IMG/VR virus record: IMGVR_UViG_3300038548_000429
Span: 1 to 50,348 of that record
Length of the DNA: 50,348 nucleotides
Direction: 5' to 3' (one strand)
Source: a virus
Taxonomy: Duplodnaviria > Caudoviricetes
The notes beneath the pieces are model-generated. The model ran no database searches. It was not told where the DNA came from and saw nothing but the letters and a program-made list of their open reading frames with translations. Position numbers and translations under genes: made by a program. Positions 1 to 8,458 of this stretch are shown here, one piece after another; the stretch's first letter is position 1; every line of letters starts with the position of its first letter.

Positions 1-127
1 ATGATAACCCAGAAGTGTGGGTGCTGGAATTTGAGTTAGTGAAGCGCGATAAATCGCGGAAGGCGGTGCGCGGATGAAATGCCCACAGTGCGGTAAACGT
101 ATGAGACTGATGCGATCTGATGCTGTA
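1..127. repeat. 127-bp direct repeat identical to 50222..50348 (circular contig overlap)
   Basis: Base-for-base match of atgataacccagaag...gatgctgta at both ends. The ORF at 49819..50298 and the Zn-ribbon ORF read through the junction. Confidence 0.95.
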
Positions 128-226
128 TGGAGCTTAGCAGGTATACGCGCAATCATTACATTTCAATGTTCATTTTGTAGCTATGTTGAAATTATAGACC
201 CGAAAGTAAAGCAGGAGCAGTTATGA
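74..226 (+). CDS. small zinc-ribbon protein (50 aa)
   Basis: Manual translation MKCPQCGK...FQCSFCSY has two CxxC pairs. ATGA overlaps with both the upstream ASCH-like gene and the downstream primase. Confidence 0.65.
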   Translation: MKCPQCGKRMRLMRSDAVWSLAGIRAIITFQCSFCSYVEIIDPKVKQEQL

Positions 227-2181
227 GCTATAAAGAACTTACTGACAGCACCCGCACCGCCATCATGCGGGAAGCGGAACAGCGATTCGGATTCAACAGT
301 TATAACAATGATGGATGGTCTCAAGGCAAACCTTTCCTTAATCCGCATAATCCAGCGGACACAAACGCATCCTGCCGGATTAATTTTTTCACTGGCATCA
401 TAAATGACTTTGGCGGCTCTACACATAGCCCGCACGAAACAGCCAAGCTATGGGGTATAGAGCTGGAGTACGAAGGCGATAACGGGCATGTGACCCCAGC
501 GCCTGCATTAAGCAAAGCCCCTGAGACGATGGAAGAATTCGCATTCAATCGTGGCACGACAGCGCAAGCCTACCGGGATGTAGGGTGGGTAATGGGCATA
601 CAGATGAATCGGCCCGGCTTTGAATTCCCTACTAAAAATGGCAAGCGTATGCGCTTCATTGACCGTTATGAGATGTCACAGGATAAAAAGCTCAGACGGT
701 TCAATCACCCTGCTGGGTACAAGCCTTGCTGGTATGGACTAGACCGGGCTATCAAGATGGACATGGGCTTTATCGTGCTAGTAAATGGCGAATCCTCTAC
801 CGTAGCCGCACAAGACAACGGTATCCCGGCTTGTTGTACCACATCATCAGGGGAGCGCAAATTGAGTGACGACCTACTCAAAGAGCTACAAGATGCCTAT
901 GACAAGCAGATTTACATCGCACTAGATTGTGATAGTAAAGGGCGTGAAGCTGCGGCCAAACTTCATGCTCAATTACCCGGTAGCATCGTGATTGACTTGA
1001 ACATGCCGGATATGGACATGGGTGATTTCTGCCGTTTGCATCAACCAAAGCCGGAAGTATTGCCAGCGTGGCGCAAGTTGATCGCATCGCATCGCGTGAT
1101 TGAGCCTCCCAAAATTCACAAGCAATCCGACCTCATTGTGGATTGGATAGATTACATGAATGGCGGTATGAAGCTCGTTGATCTTACGCCCGATACGATA
1201 GCGTTCCCGATTAAATCTATGCACCAATATAAAGGGGCGTGTCACTGGTTAAGAGCGCGGTCTATGGTGGCAGTGGTGGCCAATAGCGGCGGTGGTAAAA
1301 CATCGTTCTTGCGAATGCTAGTGGATGAATTCCGTGTCAAACAGAAAGTCAATATCGCTTATTGGGGGACTGAGTTTAGCCCGCTGGATTATCTTGAAAT
1401 GTTTATCCAATCGGCTTATGGCATCCCGCAGACGCTATTTGAGCAAGATCGCAAAGCCCGAAAAGAAGAGCGTGATGGCATCCCAGCACGATTATGTAGA
1501 GGCATATTGATTGCAGACTATGTAGAACGTGTCACACGTAATGGGGCAAATCCACATGTCAAAGAATGGCCACTCAAAATAAAGAATGCACTTGCTACAT
1601 TGGATGTAGGGCGTGAGACGTGGGGCGAATTCAGTGTGATGGATTTTTCAATAGGATTGCCCGTGATGTTGGACATGCTTGAAGATCATATGGCACTTCA
1701 GTCATCAAAAGGCAAGCCTATCACCGTCCTTATCATTGACTACCTACAACGCGTCCAAAAGTCAAAGACTGAAGGCGAACATCCTGATGAACATAACCTA
1801 GCACTGATTGACGAATTCACTAACCGACATAATCTTGTCACTTTCATCGGAAACCAAACCACCAAACAAGAGACACGCGATAATATGCGAACTGGGCGCA
1901 TGGGTAGTACCGAGTCCATGAAGTTTGCCACATCGAATAAGTTTAAGATGGTGCTGAACCTCAGAGTCGGATGGAAAGAGAATGAATATTTTCAGTTGGT
2001 GCGAGATGAAGATGATGACGCAATCGGCGTGAGTAAGAATAATCGGGGGATGGTGCATATCCAGCATCCCATGACATTTGATGGGCCGCGCCTCACATGG
2101 CGGGAAAGACGCGATTCATCGCAGCTCAGTACATCAGCATCCAACATACCAATAGATAAGAGAAAGGACATTGAATTATGA
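223..2181 (+). CDS. bifunctional primase-helicase (TOPRIM + DnaB/RecA-type helicase)
   Basis: TOPRIM motifs VLVNGESS and IALDCDSKG, Walker A ANSGGGKTS, Walker B LIIDYLQ, arginine-finger-like SKNNRG. Confidence 0.85.
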   Translation: MSYKELTDSTRTAIMREAEQRFGFNSYNNDGWSQGKPFLNPHNPADTNASCRINFFTGIINDFGGSTHSPHETAKLWGIELEYEGDNGHVTPAPALSKAPETMEEFAFNRGTTAQAYRDVGWVMGIQMNRPGFEFPTKNGKRMRFIDRYEMSQDKKLRRFNHPAGYKPCWYGLDRAIKMDMGFIVLVNGESSTVAAQDNGIPACCTTSSGERKLSDDLLKELQDAYDKQIYIALDCDSKGREAAAKLHAQLPGSIVIDLNMPDMDMGDFCRLHQPKPEVLPAWRKLIASHRVIEPPKIHKQSDLIVDWIDYMNGGMKLVDLTPDTIAFPIKSMHQYKGACHWLRARSMVAVVANSGGGKTSFLRMLVDEFRVKQKVNIAYWGTEFSPLDYLEMFIQSAYGIPQTLFEQDRKARKEERDGIPARLCRGILIADYVERVTRNGANPHVKEWPLKIKNALATLDVGRETWGEFSVMDFSIGLPVMLDMLEDHMALQSSKGKPITVLIIDYLQRVQKSKTEGEHPDEHNLALIDEFTNRHNLVTFIGNQTTKQETRDNMRTGRMGSTESMKFATSNKFKMVLNLRVGWKENEYFQLVRDEDDDAIGVSKNNRGMVHIQHPMTFDGPRLTWRERRDSSQLSTSASNIPIDKRKDIEL

Positions 2182-2570
2182 ACAGCGATAAAGTCAAGAG
2201 AAATGAATACCGTCACTATAGGGATAAAATATTATCGGGCGAGTATACTGATGAAGAACGAGGAGTCATTATCGGTATTGCCAACGGAGTCGTTAGATTT
2301 TTAACACATGAAGATAACCAAACCTTAGCAGACGATTTTTGTAACCACGATAATTTTGACTCAATGTATCCCTTACTTGAAATAATCTCCGATGAAATGG
2401 ATATATACAATTGGATTCATCATAGTGATGAAATCATGGGCAAGTTGATAGGCCCCGCATTATGGGAATCCTATTTCCTGATGCACAACACAACCGCATT
2501 AGACGCTGCACATTTATCAGGAGGTATTGATTATCGAATGGAGCAACAAAATGAACACCATACCTGCTAG
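2178..2570 (+). CDS. hypothetical protein
   Basis: ORF coupled to the primase by ATGA overlap, with AGGA RBS. Confidence 0.6.
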   Translation: MNSDKVKRNEYRHYRDKILSGEYTDEERGVIIGIANGVVRFLTHEDNQTLADDFCNHDNFDSMYPLLEIISDEMDIYNWIHHSDEIMGKLIGPALWESYFLMHNTTALDAAHLSGGIDYRMEQQNEHHTC

Positions 2571-3003
2571 ATTACAGCAAGCTCGCATTAACAGCCGTAA
2601 GTCTATTTATCAAGCCGCTGGGCATATCACCGATTGCACACCCGACTTGCTGAGAATGTGGGAAAATAACGATGTGGAGCTTGAACCGACTATAAAACAG
2701 ATGTTGGACATCCTACAGTTGTATGAGGTTACGCTTAAATGGCTGATTAGCGGCGATGATAGCGACGATGGGCATATCCACAAGCAAGCCCGCGCAAAAC
2801 CGCTTAAAACGCCCGTATCGTCGTTTCGGCTCAATTCAGTTCAGCGCATCTACCTAGCGGCGCTTAATTGGGGCGGTTCTACTAATGAGCGTGAAATACA
2901 GGTGATGGATTATTTCGAGTTAGTAAGGTGGGGGATGGTGAAGAACGATGTTATCACGGCATTTGGCATACGGTACGCGCAAGATCATTTGGAGGCAACA
3001 TGA
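2551..3003 (+). CDS. XRE-family HTH DNA-binding protein
   Basis: RLQQARINSRKSIYQAA...LRMWENNDVELEP...YEVTLKWLISG fits an XRE HTH. ATG at 2551 follows GGAG. Confidence 0.7.
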   Translation: MNTIPARLQQARINSRKSIYQAAGHITDCTPDLLRMWENNDVELEPTIKQMLDILQLYEVTLKWLISGDDSDDGHIHKQARAKPLKTPVSSFRLNSVQRIYLAALNWGGSTNEREIQVMDYFELVRWGMVKNDVITAFGIRYAQDHLEAT

Positions 3004-3245
3004 TGGATGGTCAACACTTGAATAGCACTATAATTGTAACCAAAAATCGCATTATAAGTCTAAATGGATTCAGCAATATTCTAATTCAACATTACTCTTC
3101 GGATGGAAATGATAAACAAAATAATCATCACTTGTTGATTTATTATCATTCCGGCTCTGTTATGGAACTCAACGGACAGGAAGCTGATGAAGTGTGGGAG
3201 CTTATAAAAAGTAGTCTGCCAGAAGGTGTTGCTCATGAGCAATAG
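3000..3245 (+). CDS. hypothetical protein
   Basis: GGAGG RBS then ATG at 3000, overlapping the upstream stop. Confidence 0.55.
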   Translation: MMDGQHLNSTIIVTKNRIISLNGFSNILIQHYSSDGNDKQNNHHLLIYYHSGSVMELNGQEADEVWELIKSSLPEGVAHEQ

Positions 3246-3462
3246 CAGAGACAGCGACCACAATGCTCGGAAGTATTATTATCGTCGGCTAGGTGCTGGC
3301 AATGCGTGGCTCAAATCAGACAAGCCTCGCGCCAATGGCTACTGGATTAGCGAAGAATCGTATCGTAGGCAAGTCATAATCCATAAGAACAAAGCCAAGC
3401 AGCAAGCGAAAGCACGGCAATTGAAGCACAATATGAGACGTATATTGAATGGAGATGATTAG
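3235..3462 (+). CDS. hypothetical basic protein
   Basis: ORF in a tightly packed operon, ATG at 3235. Confidence 0.5.
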   Translation: MSNSRDSDHNARKYYYRRLGAGNAWLKSDKPRANGYWISEESYRRQVIIHKNKAKQQAKARQLKHNMRRILNGDD

Positions 3463-3464
3463 TC

Positions 3465-3914
3465 ATGCCAATGGACAAATCGCGTTACCCACCTCACTGG
3501 AAAGAGATTAGCGAATACATCCGCTTTGACCGTGCCAATAATCATTGCGAGTGGTGCGGTGTGGAGAACTATTCATTAATGCTCCGTGACAAATTTGGTG
3601 TTGCTTATGACTATCATGACATCTTGGAGAATTGGGATAGCGATGTAGCAGAGTTTTGTTTTGGTAACGATGTATGGACAAAGAAACCGATAAAGATAGT
3701 TCTCACCACCGCCCATATCGGCATTCCTAAGTTTCCCGGTGGCCCGCGAGATAAGCACGATAAAATGGACTGTCGCTATAATAACTTGCGGGCGTTATGC
3801 CAACGCTGTCATATCAACTTTGATATTAAAGAACATGTAGAGAATGGCCGCCGTACACGCTACGCAAAGAAGAAAGCACGAATAGCTGCAACTGGCCAGC
3901 TATCGTTATGGTAA
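3465..3914 (+). CDS. HNH-like zinc-binding endonuclease family protein
   Basis: CEWCG ... VLTTAH ... NLRALCQRCH is the common phage HNH-like pattern. Confidence 0.7.
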   Translation: MPMDKSRYPPHWKEISEYIRFDRANNHCEWCGVENYSLMLRDKFGVAYDYHDILENWDSDVAEFCFGNDVWTKKPIKIVLTTAHIGIPKFPGGPRDKHDKMDCRYNNLRALCQRCHINFDIKEHVENGRRTRYAKKKARIAATGQLSLW

Positions 3915-3926
3915 CATAATCGTACT

Positions 3927-4655
3927 TCAAGGCAACACTATCACAGCATCCCCATAATCATCCGCGCTAACTTGAATGGCGCGGATTTCATAAAAGTCGA
4001 TATGCCCTTCCAGCACTTGCCAATCGATATTCAATAACGCATCAAATCGCACAGTGCGAGACTCACTTGTTTCTAGCACACATATAAACTCGCCTTCACC
4101 TTGCAGCACACCGGGTTGTTTGTGAGTGATGGTGCTGAATGATGCTAGATTATCCAATTTACAATACCCATAATAATGACGGCTATTCAAGGCCGCACCT
4201 TGCATCACATGCAGATCAGCAAAGTATTCACCCACCACAATATAACGTTTGCCAGCTTGCGTGGCGATGTGAGACGCTAATCCGAATGCCCCTCCCCTAC
4301 TGGTCACTTCAAACCTAATCCCCCCACCATCAATAGGCAATACTTCCGGGTGCGGATTCGGGTCGGTTATAAGCAGGTTTGGATACCACGAAACAAACCA
4401 ATTGAATGGTACACATACATCCCGTCCATTCACGCGAATTATGGGCGTGGGCGGACATGTAACGGACAGATCATAGTTGTTATTCAGTGGTAAATCACTA
4501 ATAACTTCCTGTGTGGGTGTGGGATCAGGCGCTGGGATGGTCGTGGCTGGGATTGTGGCAGTGGGGGCCGCTAAAGTAGCGGTGGGGGAGGGGGGTAATG
4601 TCGCTTCACACCCCACCATCACCATCAATATAATGATATACAGAATATATTTCAT
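3927..4655 (-). CDS. predicted lipoprotein with Pro/Thr linker and beta-rich C-terminal domain
   Basis: Signal peptide MKYILYIIILMVMVG|C (lipobox-like) followed by PPSPTATLAAPTATIPATTIPAPDPTPT. Confidence 0.7.
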   Translation of the reverse strand: MKYILYIIILMVMVGCEATLPPSPTATLAAPTATIPATTIPAPDPTPTQEVISDLPLNNNYDLSVTCPPTPIIRVNGRDVCVPFNWFVSWYPNLLITDPNPHPEVLPIDGGGIRFEVTSRGGAFGLASHIATQAGKRYIVVGEYFADLHVMQGAALNSRHYYGYCKLDNLASFSTITHKQPGVLQGEGEFICVLETSESRTVRFDALLNIDWQVLEGHIDFYEIRAIQVSADDYGDAVIVLP

Positions 4656-4867
4656 TAGGTGGTTGCGCTCGTTCCATTGCTATATTTTTCAATGGCAGTA
4701 TCTTGCACCGTGAAACCACCAATCGTAAACATTACTATCCCCAAAATGCTGGGTGCTAATGTTTCGATATGTTCCTCTAATCCGGGAAATGCGGCCACTG
4801 CAAGCATGGTTAGGATGCCTACTATGGCTGTCCAAAACTTCTTACTCATGAATGGATTTGTTGTCAT
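4655..4867 (-). CDS. holin-like small two-TM membrane protein
   Basis: 70 aa with an SKKFW motif and two hydrophobic helices, located after the tail genes. Confidence 0.6.
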   Translation of the reverse strand: MTTNPFMSKKFWTAIVGILTMLAVAAFPGLEEHIETLAPSILGIVMFTIGGFTVQDTAIEKYSNGTSATT

Positions 4868-5531
4868 CTGAATTGTCCTTGTCTATTGTCTCTTCTTTGG
4901 TAGATGCTGCTTGTGTGGCTTGCTCTAATCGGCTTGCCACAACATCAAAACGCGCTACAATATCGCCATTAACTTCGCGCTTTTGCCGTAATTCATCCAC
5001 TAGTAATTGCATCTGTTTCGTGAGGTCTTCGATATTCTTACGCAATGCTTCCATACTATCTTTGCTATCATCGTTATGGCGCGTACTTTGGGCTAAGTGA
5101 CTCATAATTGTATCCTCTAATTCATTGATGCTGTCCCCAAACCCATCAACCTTGTCAACAATGCTACTGGTGAATGTTGTTAGGGCCTCAGTGAGTGATA
5201 CAATCAGGTGGCCATTCTCCCTATTGCTTTCATTTATGGCAGTCATCTCTTTTGCAATGAGTGCGTTTGTTTCAGCTATGATGGTGTTATTGTCTACTTG
5301 ATCTTGTACCAACCCCACCAACATTTTATTGAACTCAGTTTGTGATTGTCTATCATCTGCCTGTGCAGTCGCTGCGGCATTGGCTTGTTTAATCTTGCCC
5401 TGTAGATAATCCCTTAATATACGACCACCATAAACCACAATAAAAAACAGGGTGCTGAAAAATATAAGTAGCGTGAGGGCTGCGGCTGTGCCTGCATCTA
5501 TCCCTAGAAATTTTGCGATTAATGTTTCCAT
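4842..5531 (-). CDS. membrane-anchored coiled-coil protein (lysis-cassette position)
   Basis: Single N-terminal TM (TLLIFFSTLFFIVVYGG) followed by a long heptad-rich helical region. Confidence 0.6.
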   Translation of the reverse strand: METLIAKFLGIDAGTAAALTLLIFFSTLFFIVVYGGRILRDYLQGKIKQANAAATAQADDRQSQTEFNKMLVGLVQDQVDNNTIIAETNALIAKEMTAINESNRENGHLIVSLTEALTTFTSSIVDKVDGFGDSINELEDTIMSHLAQSTRHNDDSKDSMEALRKNIEDLTKQMQLLVDELRQKREVNGDIVARFDVVASRLEQATQAASTKEETIDKDNSDDNKSIHE

Positions 5532-5549
5532 ACTAACCCCTAGTGCGCT

Positions 5550-6734
5550 TTAAAATACAATCTGGTTAGGGCGCTGTCCGAACACGCGATTAAAATCACG
5601 CTGGGTGCTAAATGTTCGCATAACACCTTCCATATTTATATCATCCTCTCCCGACCATACTACACTATTATTTACCTGTTTGTATGCAATGGCTTTTATG
5701 TATGTCTCGCGCGGGTCACTTCCTATAGCACCCCAACCCACCAATATATCATTCACGCGCACTATCTTATCGGGCTTAATCGTCCATGGCCGCAGCAACC
5801 CACCTTGCGTATTGCGTATCCTCAGACCGTCGTCTGTGCGGGCGGTCAATTCCACCACCCGATTGGATGCCCGATAGTACACGCGCCGCTTACCATTTGA
5901 TTTAGTTTCAGTAACGCCCACAATCCACAAATTAGTGCCATCGCCAAATTCCGCGATATTCTGAAATAAATCCCATATGGTTTCGCCTGATTTCTGTCGA
6001 CTTGTTGATGTTACACTTACGCCCGGCGTATCTATTTCGGTGAAATCGGTATTATCCAAAAATGTAGAGGTATTAAGTAGGTCGGGCAATGAATCAGTCG
6101 TCATTAGAGTGGCTTGTGATGAATTAGCTCTATTGGTCTGCACTTTCTCCCACGCCAATGTATCGTAAAATCCCCTCATTTCTATCTTTATGAAAGAGTT
6201 ACCACCTGACTTTTGTGTGACAGATGTTTGTGGAAAACTTACCTCTGCTACTTTACGCGCCCGCAATAGATCAAAGCTAGTAGATTCAACGATTCCACCA
6301 GCTGCCCGCCCTTTCACTGCCACTTCCTTAATTCCATAAATTGATTGGCTATCTGTAACGGATGAAATTCCGGTAATCTCTGTAGTGAAAGTACCAGCCA
6401 CCGACTTGTCATAATTCACATACACCCGGTTGGCCATATTGTCCATAGAGCGCCGGAATTCCAACCCACCTGCTGTATAGTAGGCGGTGCTGATGAAGCC
6501 TTCCCATATAGGTTCAGCCGGGTTATCCACAAACACCGCTACCCGATTACCTACATATTGTGAGAAGAACAATTCAGCTTCCGCTTGTGTCAGGGCTATT
6601 TCGCAATTAGCGGTATCAAACCAACCCATCACATTGATTTTATGCTGATAGCCATTGGCACGATAACGCGCTTTGAAGGCATCCCCCTCTGCGGGCTTAT
6701 CATAAATGTGTATCCAATGTGGCAATACGCTCAT
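5550..6734 (-). CDS. minor tail / baseplate hub-like protein
   Basis: Second gene after the tape measure, with IWEGFI and SQSIYGIKE motifs typical of sipho tail proteins. Confidence 0.65.
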   Translation of the reverse strand: MSVLPHWIHIYDKPAEGDAFKARYRANGYQHKINVMGWFDTANCEIALTQAEAELFFSQYVGNRVAVFVDNPAEPIWEGFISTAYYTAGGLEFRRSMDNMANRVYVNYDKSVAGTFTTEITGISSVTDSQSIYGIKEVAVKGRAAGGIVESTSFDLLRARKVAEVSFPQTSVTQKSGGNSFIKIEMRGFYDTLAWEKVQTNRANSSQATLMTTDSLPDLLNTSTFLDNTDFTEIDTPGVSVTSTSRQKSGETIWDLFQNIAEFGDGTNLWIVGVTETKSNGKRRVYYRASNRVVELTARTDDGLRIRNTQGGLLRPWTIKPDKIVRVNDILVGWGAIGSDPRETYIKAIAYKQVNNSVVWSGEDDINMEGVMRTFSTQRDFNRVFGQRPNQIVF

Positions 6735-8455
6735 TACACGTCTCGAATTCCCCGCCAGCGCGGGATAATGTTGACGTACATCTCATGCACAATATTAGAT
6801 GATGATTGGGAAAGGTTGCTCAATATTCGATGCGTGAGTAGATAGATACGGTTATCTTGACCCGGTTCTAGCTTCACACCATTACCACGTAATTCATTCT
6901 GGAATATAATATCATGCAAACTAACATCGTCCACATTGGTTTGTGCTATATCTTGTGGTTTACCGTGTGCCAAATAGCCCGAGCTATCCACAATGGCACT
7001 TCTATCGCTCCAGACATATCCAATAGTGAGTGATGTGGAGTCACCCACTGGTATGAATATTATATCTAATGATGTAATGATGCGTGTGGAGGCATCATTA
7101 TTAGTGAATTTTAATTGAAATTCCATATCAGCATTGGTTTGCGATTCACCAACATATACCCCTGTTCCTTCCATTGTCGCATTCACACCATCACCGATTG
7201 GTAATCGAAATTCACCTATATAGGTAAATCCAAATTCACATGTCACACCCGCCCCTATCGGCCATCCACCACCAGAACCGGGGATATTGACTATCCCTAC
7301 TGTGACCGCTTCCTGTGATACGGAAGCATTTAATGATGACGGTACGAGGATGTCCAATTGTGCGCTGACTAAATCTTGTGTAGAATGATCGTATCCTGCC
7401 CTCACAAATGCCATCCAATGACCGCGCAATAACTGCATAGTGAGGGGTACAGTAGACCCGTCCCACTCATAAGTATCATCTGAGCCTGCTGTTAGGCTTA
7501 ACGCACCGTATCCATGCCCCGATGCAATAACCTGTTCTATGCCACAAGTAGCATCGGTTGTTTTAGTGCCTGTATTTGATGATTGGTCAAGCGTGTTCAA
7601 TGACACAAATTGATTAATTGCCCCGCCGCTTTCATCAGGCAATGAATCGGGCAAGTGGCTCACGCCCATGTAAAATCTAGTTACTATATCTATATCTGCT
7701 TTTAGGCCCACGCTTACCAATGCAGGGGCATCACCTGCAATGAGGTCTTTGTCTATATCCAACCAGTTCTTTGTGAGGATGGTGGTAGCTGTAGTAACGG
7801 GTGTATGTTCACATATATTACGCATCGTTGTTGATGATGCAAGATGCCCCGTCCCTTCTACTAACGCCAAATCTGCCAAATCATAATCAATACCCGGCTT
7901 TTGCCCTAATCGCTCAAAGCTCCATATCTTGGGATTGCTGCCGGGCGGCAATACACGCCAGAAAGGTTCTCGCTCAATAGCGATTGTGAGGGTACGCGAT
8001 GCGGGATTATCTCTATCCATCGTCTCTGTTACGTTCATATTGTGAATCAAGGCATATTGTGGCCCGGGTGCGCCTTCAAACCATACATTGATATACACAG
8101 GTTCAATCTGCTGCGATGTCTGCCAGAAATCGCGTGTCAATTCCACCATGCGATTCAAATCTACTAGCACCAATGCTAGTCCCTTCACAGTGGCTGCAGT
8201 GGCAAAGGCTGTCATCTCTTCATTCACATTCTGTTCATTAATACCATGTAGTGTACGCCCATCTGAGGATTCATTATCACTCCATACACCGCCCTTACTC
8301 TGCGCTATCTTAGGTATCCATCCTTCCACTGGTTCAAGTGCAATGTCAGTGTCCCTGCCTGTCAAAGTGAGAGATGCGATTATACCTTGCTCGGAACTGT
8401 TAACGTCGTTGTAGGCTTTGGGAATGCCCGCCTGTATTTTCACCCATTTAAACAT
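6734..8455 (-). CDS. distal tail (Dit-like) protein with inserted beta domain
   Basis: Directly follows the tape measure. EREPFWR and the C-terminal LEPGQDNRIY...IPRW resemble Dit-type ends. Confidence 0.6.
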   Translation of the reverse strand: MFKWVKIQAGIPKAYNDVNSSEQGIIASLTLTGRDTDIALEPVEGWIPKIAQSKGGVWSDNESSDGRTLHGINEQNVNEEMTAFATAATVKGLALVLVDLNRMVELTRDFWQTSQQIEPVYINVWFEGAPGPQYALIHNMNVTETMDRDNPASRTLTIAIEREPFWRVLPPGSNPKIWSFERLGQKPGIDYDLADLALVEGTGHLASSTTMRNICEHTPVTTATTILTKNWLDIDKDLIAGDAPALVSVGLKADIDIVTRFYMGVSHLPDSLPDESGGAINQFVSLNTLDQSSNTGTKTTDATCGIEQVIASGHGYGALSLTAGSDDTYEWDGSTVPLTMQLLRGHWMAFVRAGYDHSTQDLVSAQLDILVPSSLNASVSQEAVTVGIVNIPGSGGGWPIGAGVTCEFGFTYIGEFRLPIGDGVNATMEGTGVYVGESQTNADMEFQLKFTNNDASTRIITSLDIIFIPVGDSTSLTIGYVWSDRSAIVDSSGYLAHGKPQDIAQTNVDDVSLHDIIFQNELRGNGVKLEPGQDNRIYLLTHRILSNLSQSSSNIVHEMYVNIIPRWRGIRDV

Positions 8456-8458
8456 GCT

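Noticed and set aside
1-127. Terminal direct repeat as a biological phage DTR
   Set aside because: 127 bp equals a common assembler k-mer size and the repeat falls mid-gene. It indicates a circular assembly, not physical genome ends.
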